The notes under the pieces: model-generated
Seen by the model: the letters and a program-made list of their open reading frames with translations, nothing else
What the model was told of the DNA's origin: nothing
The model's database searches: none
Shown: positions 32,952-35,041 of the stretch, in pieces
Layout of the letters: every line of letters begins with the position of its first letter
Numbering within the stretch: position 1 is the first letter of the stretch
Position numbers and translations under genes: made by a program
Assembly (NCBI GenBank): GCA_045634565.1
Contig: JAZRAM010000001.1
Span: 1-35,041 of the forward strand
Origin: Bacilli bacterium
GTDB lineage: Bacteria > Bacillota_I > Bacilli_A > RF39 > UBA660
DNA length: 35,041 nucleotides
Direction of reading: 5' to 3'

Positions 32952-32993
32952 TTTATCACCAATAAAATATATGAAAAAAAAGATAGAATAATT

Positions 32994-34163
32994 CTATCTA
33001 AAAAATATCATATAAACTAGGAATCCTGTAAATATTAAAGTCATTACTATTCCGTTTATAATATCTGATTTTTGACTCTTATATTTAACCCCTACAGCCA
33101 TTGATACAAGTACACCACCTATAAGACCACCTATATGAGCCAAATTATTAATACTAGTACCAATAAATCCAATTGTTAAGTTTAATATTATTAAAGGAAT
33201 TATTTGACTTTTTATTACACCACTTAAGTATACTCTATAGTGATATCCAAAATATAATAAAGCACCAAGTAATCCAAATATAGCACCACTAGCACCTACC
33301 GATACATAAGTATCTTGCAAGAATGCCATTGAAAGTAAATTACCTATAACACCACTACCGATAAATATTATTGCATATTTGATTTTTCCAAAGAAACTTT
33401 CTAATTGTGGACCTATTACATATAATGAATACATATTGCAAATTAAATGTATTAGCCCGCCGTGTAAGAATACTGAAGTTACTAATCTATAAAGTTGTGT
33501 AACATCTTTACCCATCATATTAAAATTAACTAAAGCACCAAACTCATATAAAGCACCTGGCTTTAATTCAAAAAGATTTGATGAATATAATCCAGACAAT
33601 ATATATAAAACTATACATATAGTCATAAATATATAAGTCATAACTGGTGTCTTTTTAGAAAATACATCTTCTGCTTTTTTAGTTTCTTCAAAGTTTTTTT
33701 TATTTATATCATCAGTTAATTTTATAAAAAGTTCTATACCTTCTTCTTTTACTGTTTCAACTTCTAATATATTTGGAAACTTATTTATTATAAAAGAATA
33801 TTTAGATAAATCATCAATTTCTTTTACATCAGCACATTTAATATTATCAAAATCTTTATCTTTTAAGTTTACATTATCACCAAGATTTACAAATATACTT
33901 AAAGCATCCATTTTAAAAGAAAACATTTTTCTTTTAATTCTTTTTAATATTTGCTTTGTTCTAAATATATCAAAATCTAATTGTTCATTATTATGTATAT
34001 AATTAGAAACTATTCTTACTATCTTATAGTCTGCATCACTTTTTTCAAGCCATATTTCATCTTTAGCGCCATGTAATACTACAGGAGCATAACCTTGAAT
34101 TGTTATAAAGTAATGAAGTAATTTCATAACTATTTCATCATTTTTATTTAAAGTAATATTCAT
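32994..34163 (-). CDS. Rhomboid-family intramembrane serine protease with an N-terminal cytoplasmic domain (YqgP/GluP-like)
   Basis: The C-terminal six to seven TM core carries GASGAIFGLLGA (catalytic Ser) and AHIGGLIGG (catalytic His). A ~180-aa soluble N-terminal extension precedes it. I prefer the start MNITLNK (ATG 34161-63) after GGGTGA. Confidence 0.85.
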   Translation of the reverse strand: MNITLNKNDEIVMKLLHYFITIQGYAPVVLHGAKDEIWLEKSDADYKIVRIVSNYIHNNEQLDFDIFRTKQILKRIKRKMFSFKMDALSIFVNLGDNVNLKDKDFDNIKCADVKEIDDLSKYSFIINKFPNILEVETVKEEGIELFIKLTDDINKKNFEETKKAEDVFSKKTPVMTYIFMTICIVLYILSGLYSSNLFELKPGALYEFGALVNFNMMGKDVTQLYRLVTSVFLHGGLIHLICNMYSLYVIGPQLESFFGKIKYAIIFIGSGVIGNLLSMAFLQDTYVSVGASGAIFGLLGALLYFGYHYRVYLSGVIKSQIIPLIILNLTIGFIGTSINNLAHIGGLIGGVLVSMAVGVKYKSQKSDIINGIVMTLIFTGFLVYMIFFR

Positions 34164-34220
34164 GTAATCACCCATACTAATATTTTAATACATTTAGCAT
34201 AAGATGTAAAGAGGTGTTAC

Positions 34221-34676
34221 ATGAAAAAAATATTCAAGTTTTTACTAATTGCTTTACCATGGTTTATAGGTGGATTAATATTTAGAAGTGATACTATATT
34301 TTATAAAAGTTTAAATAAACCTTTTTTTGCTCCACCATCAATAGTATTCCCTATTGTGTGGACTATTCTTTATATTTTAATAGCTATAAGTATATATTTA
34401 ATTTATAAGGATAATAGTTATAAAGATACTCCAAGTTATAATAAAACACTACTTATAAATTATTTTTCTAATCAAATATTTTCATTTTTATTTTTTACAA
34501 TTAAAAGCCCTTTTTTAGCGCTTATAGATACAATAGTAGTACTTATTAGTTCTTTATTTTTATACTATGAATCAAAAGAATTAAATAAGACATCATCTAA
34601 ATTACTTGTACCATATATTATTTGGAATGTGTTTGCAACTACACTTATTATTTCTATATTCTTTATGAATTTATAA
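34221..34676 (+). CDS. tspO: TspO/MBR family tryptophan-rich sensory protein
   Basis: A 151-aa protein with five TM segments, FFAPPSIVFPIVWTILY and LVPYIIWNVFAT motifs typical of TspO. RBS AAAGAGGTG. Confidence 0.8.
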   Translation: MKKIFKFLLIALPWFIGGLIFRSDTIFYKSLNKPFFAPPSIVFPIVWTILYILIAISIYLIYKDNSYKDTPSYNKTLLINYFSNQIFSFLFFTIKSPFLALIDTIVVLISSLFLYYESKELNKTSSKLLVPYIIWNVFATTLIISIFFMNL

Positions 34677-34728
34677 TACAAAATTATCTGTATTATAGGT
34701 TTATATATACAATAAATACAAATCAATT

Positions 34729-34753
34729 TTGAACCCATTGGGTTCAATTTTTA
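34729..34753 (+). terminator. Intrinsic terminator of tspO
   Basis: ttgaaccc-att-gggttcaa is followed by TTTTT. Confidence 0.7.
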
Positions 34754-34816
34754 ATTGCAAAAAATTCATTTTCTTTTTCTAACTATCTCTAAAATAATTC
34801 TATTATATATTTTATT

Positions 34817-35041
34817 CTATATTAATTCGTATTCTCTAGCAAATATTTTTTCATCACTACAATATTCAATAACATATTTATTGTTTCTTTTACAAATTAT
34901 AATACCAATAGTTTTATTTTGATTAACTTTCTTTAAATTATTATCTATATAATTCATGTAAACCTGTATTTGTCCAATGTGTTCTTTTTTTAGTTCAGTT
35001 ACTTTTAATTCTATTACAACATAACAATTATATTCTATATT
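34817..35041 (-). CDS. C-terminal 74 codons of a YhcG-like PDDEXK nuclease (DUF1016); the 5' part lies beyond the right window edge
   Basis: Not in the ORF track because it runs off the edge. The minus-strand frame is open from 35041 to TAG at 34817-19: NIEYNCYVVIELKVTELKKEHIGQIQVYMNYIDNNLKKVNQNKTIGIIICKRNNKYVIEYCSDEKIFAREYELI. The v-iELK...GQ...Y......tIGiilCk core is the restriction-endonuclease-like motif I remember for the YhcG family. Confidence 0.65.
   Translation of the reverse strand, partial: NIEYNCYVVIELKVTELKKEHIGQIQVYMNYIDNNLKKVNQNKTIGIIICKRNNKYVIEYCSDEKIFAREYELI

Noticed and set aside
19662-34747. Remaining short opposite-strand track ORFs (19662-19922, 25284-25514, 29596-29814, 32104-32331, 32576-32761, 34565-34747)
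   Set aside because: Each is fully nested antisense within a confidently assigned gene or crosses a terminator (34565-34747 spans the tspO terminator). There are no motifs, no RBS and the composition is biased.

Overview
This is a very AT-rich, tightly packed chromosomal segment from an endospore-forming Bacillota (Firmicutes) genome. About 37 protein genes are present, roughly 80% on the minus strand, and most are housekeeping or sporulation genes. In window order: clpC (partial), cse60, an M23 peptidase, a YgjP-like metallohydrolase, ttcA, an HD hydrolase, a DUF3048 protein, rluD, lspA, an MraZ-like protein, nrdG/nrdD, a LysR regulator, coaB, tatD, a heterodimeric ABC exporter, an ICMT-like methyltransferase, a DUF4097 protein, veg, yabG, a wall-anchored surface protein, a UPF0316 protein, ysxE, spoVID, a lipoprotein, a rhomboid protease, tspO, and a partial YhcG-like nuclease. 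RNA genes are tRNA-Arg(CCU), tRNA-Gly(GCC), tRNA-Cys(GCA) and tmRNA (ssrA). Five coding regions are missing from the supplied ORF track and were recovered by reading the sequence: clpC and the yhcG-like gene (both run off a window edge), cse60 (56 aa), a 56-aa ORF between nrdD and nrdG, and a doubtful 57-aa hydrophobic ORF. I saw no CRISPR array, rRNA, IS element, transposase or integrase. I did not find a convincing multi-gene defence-like or otherwise clearly novel system. The two best candidates are: (1) the glycyl-radical module of the anaerobic ribonucleotide reductase is encoded as its own small gene, with its own Shine-Dalgarno and a stop/start overlap with nrdG; (2) a three-gene islet with no family I can name (14.9-17.6 kb) sits between coaB and tatD and includes a well-promoted 500-aa protein built from about 10-12 degenerate 31-41-aa repeats. 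Smaller oddities are listed as separate findings. All family calls rest on motifs read by eye and remembered family signatures; no database search was possible.
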